From Euglena gracilis (Eukaryota): a DNA stretch of 64,000 nt. Below are positions 23,456 to 36,700 of the stretch, piece after piece. The notes beneath the pieces are model-generated. The model saw nothing but the letters and a program-made list of their open reading frames with translations. It was not told the DNA's origin and made no database searches. The translations under genes and the position numbers were made by a program. The number at the start of each line of letters is the position of its first letter. Position 1 is the first letter of the stretch. The stretch is from positions 38,363,703-38,427,702 of the forward strand of contig CP154954.1 of assembly GCA_039621445.1 (NCBI GenBank), read 5' to 3'.

Positions 23456-26400
23456 TACTTGCAGCTCCACAAATTCTCTTGACCCTGTGCCGACACCAGC
23501 CGTATCTTCTGACCCTGTTTTGTGTTTCCCTGTCCATCAGTGACCCAAAGTCGGCCAAAAATGGTGTGGATCGACCTGTTTTGCCGTGGATCGACTAACA
23601 GACAAGTACCGACCTGGTCCCGGGAGGCTGGTCGCACTTATTAGCAACCCCCTTTTCTGGCCGTTGACGCAATCTGGCCCTGAAAATCACGCCCCCACGC
23701 CCCGATTAAGACCCCAAAATTGCCAAATTCCTGCATTCGGGGGGTTGAGCAGTTGTATTCCCCCCCCCCCCGAATGGCAGAATTTTGACAATTTTTGGGC
23801 GTTAGTCGGGGCGTGGTGTGTGCCAAAATGTGCCACCTGCCCCCGGGCAGGTTAGGGCTTAGCTGGGTTCCCCACCCCCCAAAAACCCCATTAATACCAG
23901 AACCCCTGCTGCTCCCGGGGACAGGTGGCACTTTCTGGCAACCCCCCAATCCTTGGGATTGTGGCAACCTTGCCCCAAAAATGAGATGTCTGGTAAATCA
24001 ATCTGGGACCCCCAGTTAATCGCGGTTATTCGCTTGGTCCCTGCTTTGGCGGGAAATTGATCATTCCTGCCACCCCCTTGGTGGAGCAGCACCTCTTTCC
24101 CAGCCGGTTCCTAATTTGGTTTCAAAACCAACTTTCGAGAGCGGGTATTCCGAATTTATGGGAAAATATTTTGGGTTTGGTGAATTTGGCAATGGAAAAT
24201 GTGGTGTTCCCCCGTGACCCAAACCATCCCCTGTGCATGTGACGCTTCCTTCCGCACCTTCTGCAGATTCAATTGCAAGATATGACAATGCATTGACATT
24301 GAGCAATTACCACGCTTTGGATGGAACCTGACTTTGAAACGATTTGGAAGATGATAACGAAGATTTGGATGATGATTGTTGTGAAGGTGATGTCTCTCAG
24401 GAGGTCAAAAGTGACAGTATCAAAAGTGTATTTGCTTCAGCAAGGGAAAGCACGAGGTCAACGGTTGAAAATTGTCAAAATTTTGCAATTCGGGGGGTTG
24501 AGCAGCTGTATCCTCCCCCGAAATTTTGACAATTTTTGGGTGTTAACCGGGGCACGGGGTGTGCCAAAACGTGCCTCCAACCCCCGGGACCAGATCAGCT
24601 GGGCCCCCCACCCCCCAAAACCCCCATGAATATCAGCACCACTGCTGCTCAACGCCCCCCAAATAGCAAAATTTTCACAATTTTTGGGTGCTAATAGGGG
24701 GGCGGCGTGGGGGCGTGATTTTCGGGGCCAGATTGGCTCAATGCCAGGAAATGGGGTGCGCCAAAACGTCCCACCAGCCCCCGGGACCAGGTCAGCTGGG
24801 TTCCCCACCCCCCAAAACCCCCATGAATATCAGCACCACTGCTGCTCAACACCCCCCAAATAGCAAAATTTTCACAATTTTTGGGTGCTAACAGGGGGGG
24901 GGGGCGTGGGGGTACCACCCCACATTCACAAAATTTTGCTTTTTTTGTGTAATTTGGGACCATCTGTGCGACCGCCACCCCCCCCCCAAACAGCAGGGTC
25001 AAAACGACAGGGTTTGGTTCGTGAAGGAACAGGGTTAGAGTTACTGTCAGGGACCCAGTCCGGGGGCTGGTGGCACGTTTTGGCACCCCGCATTTCCTCG
25101 CATTCAATCTGGCTTTGAAAACGCCCCTGCCCCCCCCTTCAACAGCTGGAAATTGTCAAAATTTTGCAATTCGGGGGGTTGAGCAGTTGTATCCCCCCCA
25201 AAATTTGACATTTTTTTGAATCAATCGGGGCATGGTGTGTGCCAAAACGTCCCACCAGCCCCCGGGACCAGGTCAGCTGGGCTCCCCACCCCCCAAAACC
25301 CCCATGAATATCAGAACCACTGCTGCTCAACCCCCATCGTCATTATCATCACACTCACAATGGTTTTATAAAAATAAATTTGCAATAATGCATGTTGGGC
25401 CAGCCCTCATTTGGCGAGGGCTGCAATCCCCACAACACCCACAAGTCGCCTAGCGGTTTGTTAGTTGTTTTTATTTTCTTTGGTCTTGGTTGTTCCCCCC
25501 CCCCAAATGCAACCCCCCAAACTTCCCCCCCCCCGCCCCCGAAGGCTTTTTGTTGAACCCCGGTGGAAACAATTGATTGAGTGAATCCACATGAAATGAG
25601 GACAATTACCTCTTTTTATCATTTTTTTTTAATTGCACCAAAAGCTGCCCCCAGACCAGCACACAGCAAAGCAAAACCTGCAGGGTTTGAATGGAACTCC
25701 ACTCCCTGAATTTTATGGATTTCTTTTAAGACCGGGGGGGGGGGTCGACCCCCCCACCACAGCACCATTGGTGCCACCAGTGCGGAAGGAAATTTTTGAC
25801 CAAAAAAATCGGTGCCCTTGAGAAGAATGCTCGACAGGGTTGTGTCCAGTACAACAGTACACCCCCAAAACAACGACTGGGGGGGGTCTGGACCCTTGCT
25901 TTTGGTGGGGGGGTTTGGGCTGCAGCCTGAGCATCATAATTGAGGGGTGGGTGATTGCCCCGCATTTTCAGGTCGACCTCTCAGCACGCGGGCGGCCACT
26001 GCACCCTGCTCCCCCGGCAATACAATATGGTCCGGGACAATGCGCGCGCACGTGCAAACATTCTGGGTTACGAGAACATGTGGTCACCATTAAAACAGAA
26101 GATCAGAAATTCAGGTGAACTGAGTTTTTTTTTTGAATGGTCGTGATTTTCAGGGAAAATTCTGGAAAAAAATGGAATACATGCAAGTATATTAAGTATA
26201 ATAAGAATAATGAATACGTCTTTTGTAAATATTAATGGGTTAATCTGACAGGAAATCTTTTCATTGCATCCTCCTCTGGCTGGGGACAATTTTGGTTGGC
26301 GTTTTGGTGAGGCATCTGCCAGTTTTTTTTCCCCCTTGGTTGCGGGGGTGAGCAGGGGATCGACACTCAGCCCCATCTCCAGTCCACCTCGGAGCCATGA

Positions 26401-28742
26401 TGCTGCTGCTGCTGCCATCGCCAACCGAGCACCCGTTCCCCACCCGCCAACTCAGGGCCCCCTGCTCCCACCCGGCAGCTCACCGTTGCTGGGCTTCCCT
26501 CTTCCAACCCGTGGACGCCTGTACCACACCCCCAGGAGTGTGCACCGAATGTGTGCGATGGACACGTGTGGGGGCATATGATGGTGGAGTGGAGTGGAAG
26601 CATGCTTTTCCCCCTCCTCAACCCAGCGAACCCGGCGTGGTATGAGCAGGGGTCACTGAAGGGATCCGGCAGGCGGCAGCGAAGGCACGGGTGGTAGGCG
26701 CAGGGGCGTGCGCGGGGGCATATGCGAAGCAGCACCTCTGCACACCTCTCGCCGCAAACCGCTCAGGTGTGCACTGCTGGATTGGCGGGAACACGCACAA
26801 AGAGGGGGTGTCGCGCTTGACTTCAGTCAAAAATGGCAGGATGGAAACAAGGAAGGCGGTGGAGCGCATGGATTCGAAGTTTCCAAAGGCATTATACTTT
26901 GCTTTTCATCCTCACCATGCAATTGTTCGATGTAGAGTGCAGCCCATACCGCCCAGTGTTCTTTTCCCATTCGGGGGGCAAGGGGTGACTGGTTTTTTCT
27001 GAAACTGGATTGCAAATTGGTGTGTTTTCCCTCATTATTTTGCATCATTGCCCCCCGGTACATTCAGGTCCTCTCCACCATGAAGTTCGACTTCGACGTG
27101 TCTGCTGCCCATGCCAGCCCAGCACCCACCCCCACCTGCGCCTGCCCAGTGCCCGATGCTGCCTCAACGGTTGTGCATGTTGTTCGCAGATCGCAGATGT
27201 GCATGTTTTTGGCAAACGCTCGCGCGCGCACACACACAGACACATACACACACACACACACACACAATGAAGGTTCAGCGTCCAACGCACGACACATGCA
27301 GTCCACCAGGGTTCGCATTTTTTTCCCCAGTTGGGTATGTTGCCAAGGAGCACTGAAGGCAGCGGCAACCACAGGAGCGCAGAAGCAGCAGCAACAGGAG
27401 CGCAGGAGCAGCAGCGCCTCCGGCCTGTCGTCCCCATCATTTTGGGGTTGGTTTGATTTGGCAGAGGTGTGGTGAAGGCTACAACGGGTTGGGCCAGCGG
27501 TTAACTTAAAGAAATTTATCACCAAGGTGCAGGAGGGGGGGGGCACAGTTTTTTTGTCTTTTGAAAACATCACCGATCCCTCAGTTTGTACCATCCCACC
27601 GATGCCCTCGGGGCAGGTGTGTTTGGTGTGTTCATAGAGAAGCCATGTGGCTTGTTCCTGTTGCCAATTTCCTGTGAAATTTCCTGTGAAATTTGTTCTC
27701 AGTTTTGTGATCTTTGATTTTCATTTTTAAGTTTTGTGAAAAATTTTTGATTTTTCCCATGTGGGCGGGGTTGCAGCCTGCCCATATGCCACCCCACCAC
27801 CAGACACATGATGTCCCGAGGCATTTATGATCCCCAGCCAGACAATGGGTGAAAGGTGGTTAGTGGTGGCCAATGGTCAACTGCTTCTGGCCGTGTTCTT
27901 GGCCTGCTTTCCTGTTCTTTCTGCCCTTCTTCCTTCGGCCACCCTGGCCGCCTCCTTTTGACGCGGTCTTGCGTCGTTCTGCAGCGCTTCAGCAGCTTTG
28001 AAGCAGTTTTGCCACCTTGGACCTGTCTTGAGGGCTTTGGTCTTGCACTTGCCGTGGCTCAGCTTTGGCTGCTTTGGACCTCTTTCCGCTTCGCAGTGGC
28101 CATCTTGGCCACATTGGGCCCTGCTCACCGTGCTTTGGCTGCAAAGGCAGCCAAAAGGTGTGCTTTGGCCAGCTCGAGTTTCTACCAGTGCTCTATCTGC
28201 TCCTCACATCTTGTGCCTGTTTTCTTTGGCCACCCTGTTTGTTTCTTGGGTCGTGCCAGAAACAAGGCCATTGTATGAGGTTTAGGTTCAGGCATTGGAT
28301 GATAAGTGCCTCGCCATGCCATGCATTTGATTTGATCCACTGACCAATGTTGATGTTGTCTCCTAATGTTTGGTGGTGGGTGGCATTGGGCCTGGCAGAC
28401 AATGCCGGCTGTGTTGACACACCACATGTGTTTTGTGTTTTTTTTTTGCGGCAACACACCTCCAGAACTGATCAGTTGGTTCCACCAGAACCCAACCCCC
28501 AGTGGGAAAGAGCCTCTCAGTGGTGGCTGTGTGCTTAGTCTGGGCGGGTCTTTTTTTCAGTCTAATTAGTTCAAGTGCCCCCCCCCTCCCCGTGCGATGA
28601 AATGGACTCCTCCTCTGTGGGGACTGAACCAAAGGGTTGGCCGTCCGTTTTGGTGATGGGTTGAAAGGAGGTCCGAAGCCGTACACAGAGAAACAGGCAC
28701 CAGTGCGTTCCACCCTGGGATGGGCAACACCGGGGTCGCCAG

Positions 28743-28823
28743 AAGGCAGCCCCGCCGCAGCCGCTGGCAGAGTGGCGGAGGCGGGCGGGCCGGAGCAGCA
28801 TGCGCCCAGCCGCGACGGCGAAG
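28743..28823 (+). CDS. Putative 81-nt exon (KAAPPQPLAEWRRRAGRSSMRPAATAK)
   Basis: Bounded by 'gtcgccag|' and '|gtgagg'. GC-rich, length a multiple of 3. Confidence 0.4.
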
Positions 28824-30734
28824 GTGAGGCGTGCGCATGTGGGGAGGTGTTTGGGTTTCCGTGTGAGGAGTTTTTTTTTTGTGGGGAGCTGGACTCCCCC
28901 CTCCGCACCGGAATTTTTTGGGTGTTTTTTGGCCTAAATCCATTGCTTTTGAGGCAGTTTTCCCTCGATGTCTCCAGAGCAACCGACTCCCCCCAGGTGG
29001 GGGGAGGGTGGGAAATGAGTGATTGGTTTTGAAAAGTGGCTGACCGGTTTTTTTTTCTGAAGTGGATGGTGACCTCGTTTCAAATGAACGACAGTTTTTT
29101 GAACATCATTCCGGTCTCCGCGTGAGCCCCTGCAAATTGTCGGCACTTGACAGTGACTTTTTTAAAAAAAATTTTAAAAAAAGGCCCGGCATATATTTTT
29201 CCTCCAAAAAAAGGGAAATCGTTTTGATGGGCAGGCAGTCATTGGTTGGGCTGCGGCCAGCTGTGGCCCAACCAAAACCGCAATCTTATCAAAATTTTCG
29301 AGTTTGTTGGGCTTCACTTGGCATTCTTTCATTCTCCCTCCTTGCCAATTCTTCTTTTTGCTGAAACGGAGGGCCTCACTTTCAGGGGGGTGTGGCTGTG
29401 CATGTGTTTGAATGTGTTTTTGATGGTGCCCCCCCCCCCCCCCACCGTTCATCTCCCCATTCTCCTCTCCCCCTCAGGGCTTCTCATACGCCCCTGCCAC
29501 ACTCGACGGACCGTTCTTCCCAGAGAAGGTGTGGCACTGCTGTTATGCGGCCAAGGAGCGCTGACCTCACATATGGCAGGCGTTTTCCTTTTGAGGGCGA
29601 TGCCAGTTGTGTGTTGCCCTGCTTGTTGGCCAAAGGAGCGGTTCGGCAGTCCAGGGCTCTAACAGGTGGGGAGAAGGGCCACTGGAGGCACCAATTCATC
29701 CCGAAAAATTTCTGAAATTTGCAATTCGGGGGTGTGGTTCCGGTAATAATGGGGTTTCCATGACGGGGAACCCAGCTTGGTCCTTGGGGCGGGCACCCCC
29801 CCAGGCACCTCTCACCACCCTTGGCATTTTGCCATTTCGGCCCAAGATTTTTCCGGTGTGGAAAATGCTTTGCATTGATGATGTGGTTTTCTTTGAGAAG
29901 TTTGGTTGATCAATTTGGGACCCCCAGTTAATCGCGGTTAATTGTTTATTCCCCGCTTCGGCCACCCTCTGTGGGGGTCCAGGCAGCACCTCTTTCCCAG
30001 CCGGTTCTCAAATTGGTGTGAAACCAAATTCCAGTAGTGGGCATGCCTGATTTTTGGAAAAAATTTTCCATATCTTGGGTTCGGTCGATTTGGCGACCGA
30101 AAATGTGGTGTTCCCCCGCTGGTCCAAACCACCCCCTATGCATGTGACGCTCCTTCCGCACCTTCTGCAGATCCATTGCAAGAAATGATGATTCATTGAG
30201 ATTGAGCAATCACCATGCTTCGGACGAAACCTGATTTCGAAACAATTGAATATTTGGAAGACGATGACGCAGATTTGGATGACGGTTGTTATGAAGGTGA
30301 CGTCTCTCACCACGTCAAAAGGGACAATATTGAGTGTTTTTGATTCAGCAAAAAAAGGCACAAGGTTTGTCGAAAGTCGAAAACAACCAGCCAATCTTGT
30401 TTTACCAATTTTTTGACCCCCATTTTATTTTTGCCAGTCAATGGGAACCAAAATGTCGTAAAATGTGACACAAAGCTTTTGAAGCAGCCCTCGTTGGGGA
30501 ACAATTGGAAAAGGACAACCCTGTGTTGGGGGATGCAAACAGGGAATTGGCAAACGGTGAATTGGATGAAATACTGGATCATTTTTTGAAGTGTGAGATT
30601 CAGGCAAGCTTTCCAGGAAAAGAACAGGAAAGATGTGTTTTAGAGAATTGGGAATGCCATCCACCACTAAGGTGTGTGTGGTCGACCACAAGCATTTGAG
30701 TGGGGTATTTGAAATTCGATCGAAGGTTGGAGAC

Positions 30735-33700
30735 AAAGTGCGACCAGCCCCCGGGACCAGGTCAGCTGGGTTCCCCACCCCCAAAAACCCCATTATAACT
30801 GGAACCAATGCCGAAAATACCCCACAATGGCAAAAGTTTGGCAATTTTTTGGTATAAATCGGGGCGGAAGGGGGGGGGGGGCGTGGTTCTCGGGACCAAC
30901 TGCCTCAATGCCAGGAATTGGGGGGTGCCAAAACGTGCGACCAGCCCCTGGGGCCAGGTCAGCTGGGTTCCCCACCCCCCAAAACCCCATAATGACTGAA
31001 ACCACTGCTGAAAACACCCCACAATAGCAAATTTTTGGCAATTTTTTGGTATAAATCGGGGCGGAAGGGGGGGGGGGCGTGGTTTCAAGGACCAGATTGC
31101 CTCAATGCCAGGAATTGGGGGGTGCTGAAACGTGCGGTACTTGTTCGCTGCACGACCGCCAGTGAATTATGGGGTTATTTGAAGGAGTAGGGTTAGGTGC
31201 GCAAATGGCCAGGTTGCGCAACATGGCCATTTTGCGCACATGGCCATGTAGCGCAACATGGCCATTTGCGCACCTGACCCTACTCCTTCAATAACCCTAA
31301 AAAATCCGACTTGTAAAAATTTCACTGGCGGTAGTGCAGCGAACAAGTACCAAATGTGCGGCCAGCCCCCGGGACCAGGTCAGCTGGGTTCCCCACACCC
31401 AAAACCCCACAATAACTGAAACCACTGCTGAAAACACCCTACGACAACAAAATTTTGGCAATTTTTTGGTATAAATCGGGGAGGAAGGGGGGGGGTGCGT
31501 GGTTTCAAGAACCAGATTGCCTCAATGCCAGGAATTGGGGGGTGCCAAAACGTGCGTGGGACCAGGTCAGCTGGGTTCCCCACCCCCAAAAACCCCATAA
31601 TGACTGGAACCAATGCCGAAAATACCCCACAATTGCAGAAGTTTTGGCAAGTTTTTTGGTATAAATCGGGGCGGAAGGGGAGGTGGCGTGGTTCAAAGGA
31701 CCAGATACCATTTTTTTTTGGTTTAAATCAGGGCAAAAGGGGGGGGGGTGCCGTGGTTCTCGGGACCAGATTGCCTCAATGCCAGGTACTGGGGGGTGAC
31801 AAAACGTGCGACCAGCCCCCGGGACCAGGCCAGCTGGGTTCCCCAGTTGTTCCAGTTATAATGGGGTTTTGGGGGGTGGGGAACCCAGCTGACCTTGTCC
31901 CGGGGGCTGGTCGCACGTTTTGGCACCCCCCCAATTCCTGGCATTGAATCAATCTGGTCCTTTAAACCACGCCCCCCCCCCTTCCGCCCGGATTTATACC
32001 AAAAAAATTGCCAAAAATTTGCTTTTTGCGGGTGTTCACCAGCAGTGGTTTCAGTTATTATGGGGTATTTGGGGTTGCCGAAAATAGGGGGGCGTGGTTT
32101 CAAGGACCGGATTGCCTCAATGCCAGGAATTGGGGGGTGCTGAAACGTGCGGTACTTGTTCGCTGCACGACCGCCAGTGAATTATGGGGTTATTTGAAGG
32201 AGTAGGGTTAGGTGCGCAAATGGCCAGGTTGCGCAACATGGCCATTTTGCGCACATGGCCATGTAGCGCAACATGGCCATTTGCGCACCTGACCCTACTC
32301 CTTCAATAACCCTAAAAAATCCGATTTGTAAAAATTTCACTGGCGGTAGTGCAGCGAACAAGTACCAAATGTGCGGTCAGCCCCCGGGACCAGGTCAGCT
32401 GGGTTCCCCACACCCAAAACCCCACAATAACTGAAACCACTGCTGAAAACACCCTACGACAACAAAATTTTGGCAATTTTTTGGTATAAATCGGGGAGGA
32501 AGGGGGGGGTGCGTGGTTTCAAGAAGCAGATTGCCTCAATGCCAGGAATTGGGGGGTGCCAAAACGTGCGTGGGACCAGGTCAGCTGGGTTCCCCACCCC
32601 CAAAAACCCCATAATGACTGGAACCAATGCCGAAAATACCCCACAATTGCTGAAGTTTTGGCAAGTTTTTTGGTATAAATCGGGGCGGAAGGGGAGGTGG
32701 CGTGGTTCAAAGGACCAGATACCATTTTTTTTTTGGTTTAAATCAGGGCAAAAGGGGGGGGGTGCCGTGGTTCTCGGGACCAGATTGCCTCAATGCCAGG
32801 TACTGGGGGGTGACAAAACGTGCGACCAGCCCCCGGGACCAGGCCAGCTGGGTTCCCCAACCCCAAATACCCCATAATAACTGAAACCACTGCTGGTGAA
32901 CACCCGCAAAAAGCAAATTTTTGGCAATTTTTTTGGTATAAATCCGGGCGGAAGGGGGGGGGGCGTGGTTTAAAGGACCAGATTGACTCAATGCCAGGAA
33001 TTGGGGGGGTGCCAAAACGTGCGACCAGCCCCCGGGACCAGGTCAGCTGGGTTCCCCACCCCCCAAAACCCCATTATAACTGGAACAACTGCCGAAAATA
33101 CCCTACAATGGCAAAAGTTTGGCAATTTTTTGCTACAAATCGGGGCGGAAGGGGGGGGGCGTGGTTTCAAGGACCGGATTGCCTCAATGCCAGGAATTGG
33201 GGGGTGCTGAAACGTGCGGTACTTGTTCGCTGCACGACCGCCAGTGAATTATGGGGTTATTTGAAGGAGTAGGGTTAGGTGCGCAAATGGCCAGGTTGCG
33301 CAACATGGCCATTTTGCGCACATGGCCATGTAGCGCAACATGGCCATTTGCGCACCTGACCCTACTCCTTCAATAACCCTAAAAAATCCGATTTGTAAAA
33401 ATTTCACTGGCGGTAGTGCAGCGAACAAGTACAAATGTGCGGGGGACCAGGTCAGCTGGGTTCCCCACGGAAACCACTGCTGAAAACACCCTACGACAAC
33501 AAAATTTTGGCAAGTTTTTTGGTATAAATCGGGGGGGGGGGGGGGGCGTGGTTTCAAGGACCAGATTGCCTCAATGCCAGGAATTGGGGGGTGCCAAAAC
33601 GTGCGTGGGACCAGGTCAGCTGGTTCCCCACCCCCCAAAACCCCATGAATAACTGGAACCACTGCTGCTCGAAAACACCCCCCAATAGCAAAATTTTGGC

Positions 33701-36700
33701 AATTTTTTGGTGTAAATCGGGGCGGGGGGGGGGGGGGCGGTGCCGTGGTTCTCGGGACCAGATTGCCTCAATGCCAGGTACTGGGGGGTGACAAAACGTG
33801 CGACCAGCCCCCGGGACCAGGCCAGCTGGGTTCCCCACCCCCAAAAACCCCATAATAACTGAAACCACTGCTGGAAAACACCCGCAAAAACAAAATGTTG
33901 GGCAATTTTTTTTGTATAAAATCCGGGGCGGGGGGGGGGGGGGGGGGCGTGTGTTAAAGGACCAGATTGATTCAATGCCAGGAATTGGGGGGGGGCCAAA
34001 ACGTGCGACCAGCCCCCGGGACCAGGACAGCTGGGTTCCCCACACCCCAAAACCCCATTATAACTGGAACAACTGCCGAAAATACCCTACAATGGCAAAA
34101 GTTTGGCAATTTTTTGCTACAAATCGGGGCGGAAGGGGGGGGGCGTGGTTTCAAGGACCGGATTGCCTCAATGCCAGGAATTGGGGGGTGCCAAAACGTG
34201 CGACCAGCCCCCGGGACCAGGTCAGCTGGGTTCCCCACCCCCAAAAACCCCATAATGACTGGAACCAATGCCGAAAATACCCCACAATAGCAAAATGTTG
34301 GCAATTTTTTTTTTTGGGTATCTGCCTCAATGCCAGGTACTGGGGGGTGACAAAACGTGCGACCAGCCCCCGGGACCAGGCCAGCTGGGTTCCCCACACC
34401 CCAAAACCCCACAATAACTGAAACCACTGCTGAAAATACCCCACGATAGCAAAATTTTGGCAATTTTTTGGTATAAATCGGGGGGGGGGGGGCTTGGTTT
34501 CAAGGACCAGATTGCCTCAATGCCAGGAATTGGGGGGTGCTAAAACGTGCGGCCAGCCCCTGGGACCAGGTCAGCTGGGTTCCCCACCCCCCAAAACCCC
34601 ACAATAACTGGAACCAATGCCGAAAACACCCCACAGTTGCAAAATTTTGGCATTTTTTTTATTACAAATCAGGGCGGAAGGGGGGGGGCGTGGTTCTCGG
34701 GACCAGATTGCCTCAATGCCAGGAATTGGGGGGTGCCAAAACGTGCGGCCAGCCCCCGGGACCAGGTCAGCTGGGTTCCCCACCCCCCAAAAACCCCACA
34801 ATAATCACCACTGCTGCTCAACCCCCCCAAATAGCAAAATTTTCACAATTTTGGGCGTGTGATCGGGGGGGGGGGGGGCGTGGGGGGATTGATTTCGGGG
34901 CCAGATTGGGCTCATGCCAGGAAATGGGTGTGCCCGCAAAACGTGCGACCAGCCCCCGGGACCAGGCCAGCTGGGTTCCCCAACCCCAAATACCCCATAA
35001 TAACTGAAACCACTGCTGCTGAACACCCGCAAAAAGCAAAATTTTTGGCAATTTTTGGTATAAATCCGGGCGGAAGGGGGGGGGGCGTGGTTTAAAGGAC
35101 CAGATTGATTCAATGCCAGGAATTGGGGGGGTGCCAAAACGTGCGACCAGCCCCCGGGACCAGGTCAGCTGGGTTCCCCACCCCCCAAAAACCCCATGAA
35201 TATAACTGGAACACTGCCGAAAATACCCCCCCAAATGGCAAAAGTTTTCACAATTTTTTGCTACAAATCGGGGCGGGGGGGGGGGGGGCGTGGTTTCAAG
35301 GAAGCGGTTGCCTGCATGCCAGGAAGTTGGGGGGTGCCAAAACGTGCGACCAGCCCCCGGGACCAGGTCAGCTGGGTTCCCCACCCCCCAAAAACCCCAT
35401 GAATATCAGCACCAATGCTGCTCCCCCCCCAAATAGCAAAATTTTCACAATTTTTTTGGTATAACAAAAATCGGGGCGGAAGGGGGGGGGGCGTGGTTCA
35501 AAGGACCAGATACCATTTGGTTTTCAGGGCAAAAGGGGGGGGGGGGCCGTGGTTTCCGGGACCAGATTGCCTCAATGCCAGGAATTGGGGGGGTGCCAAA
35601 ACGTGCGACCAGCCCCCGGGACCAGGCCAGCTGGGTTCCCCACACCCCAAAACCCCACAATAACTGAAACCACTGCTGAAAATACCCCACGATAGCAAAA
35701 TTTTGGCAATTTTTTGGTATAAATCGGGGGGGGGGGGCTTGGTTTCAAGGACCAGATTGCCTCAATGCCAGGAATTGGGGGGTGCTAAAACGTGCGGCCA
35801 GCCCCTGGGACCAGGTCAGCTGGGTTCCCCACCCCCCAAAACCCCACAATAACTGGAACCAATGCCGAAAACACCCCACAGTTGCAAAATTTTGGCATTT
35901 TTTTTATTACAAATCAGGGCGGAAGGGGGGGGGCGTGGTTCTCGGGACCAGATTGCCTCAATGCCAGGAATTGGGGGGTGCCAAAACGTGCGGCCAGCCC
36001 CCGGGACCAGGTCAGCTGGGTTCCCCACCCCCAAATCCCCACAATAATTGAAGCCACTGCTGAAAATACCCCACGATAGCAAAAGTTTTGGCAATTTTTT
36101 GGTATAAATCGGGGCGGAAGGGGGGGGGGGCGTGGTTTCAAGGACCAGATTGCCTCAATGCCAGGAATTGGGGGGTGCCAAAACGTGCGCCCAGCCCCCG
36201 GTACCAGGTCAGCTGGGTTCCCCACCCCCCCAAAACCCCACAATAACTGAAACCAATGCTGAAAACACCCCGCAATAGCAAAATGTTGGCAATTTTTTTG
36301 GTATAAATCGGGGCGGAAGGGGGGGGGCGTGGACCAGATTGCCTCAATGCCAGGAATCGGGAGGGTGGGGGGGGGGGGGGGGGTAGTGCCAAAACGTGCG
36401 GAGGGACCAGGTCAGCTGGGTTCCCCACCCCCAAAAACCCCACAATAACTGAAACCACTGCTGGTGAACACCCCACAATAGCAAATTTTTGGCAGTTTTT
36501 GGGTATAAATCGGGGGGCGGCGTGGGGGCGTGGGGGCGTGATTTTCGGGGCCAGATTGTCTCATTGCCAGGAAATGGGGTGTGCCAAAACGTCCCACCAG
36601 CCCCCGGGACCAGGTCAGCTGGGTTCCCCACCCCCCAAAAACCCCATGAATATCAGCAGCACTGCTGCACAACACCCCCCAAATAGCAAAATTTTCACAT

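Larger units (their letters stand above)
22806..23610. mobile_element. Merlin-like non-autonomous element containing telomere-like repeats
   Basis: 29-bp TIR GG(C/T)ACTTGTCTGTTAGTCGAT(T/C)CACGGCA (27/29); perfect 8-bp TSD gacctggt. GGNRM termini with an 8-bp TSD are Merlin hallmarks. Confidence 0.8.
21450..25330. mobile_element. Two adjacent copies of a dispersed foldback-like element (conserved core plus ~197-bp satellite-monomer arms); further copies at ~29710-30720 and ~48930-49640
   Basis: The core 'aatgtggtgttcccccg...catgtgacgct..ttccgcaccttctgcagat...' occurs at ~22192, 24198, 30102 and 48993. It is flanked by reverse-oriented and forward monomers of the 30.7-46.7 kb satellite. Termini are not defined. 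Confidence 0.7.
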
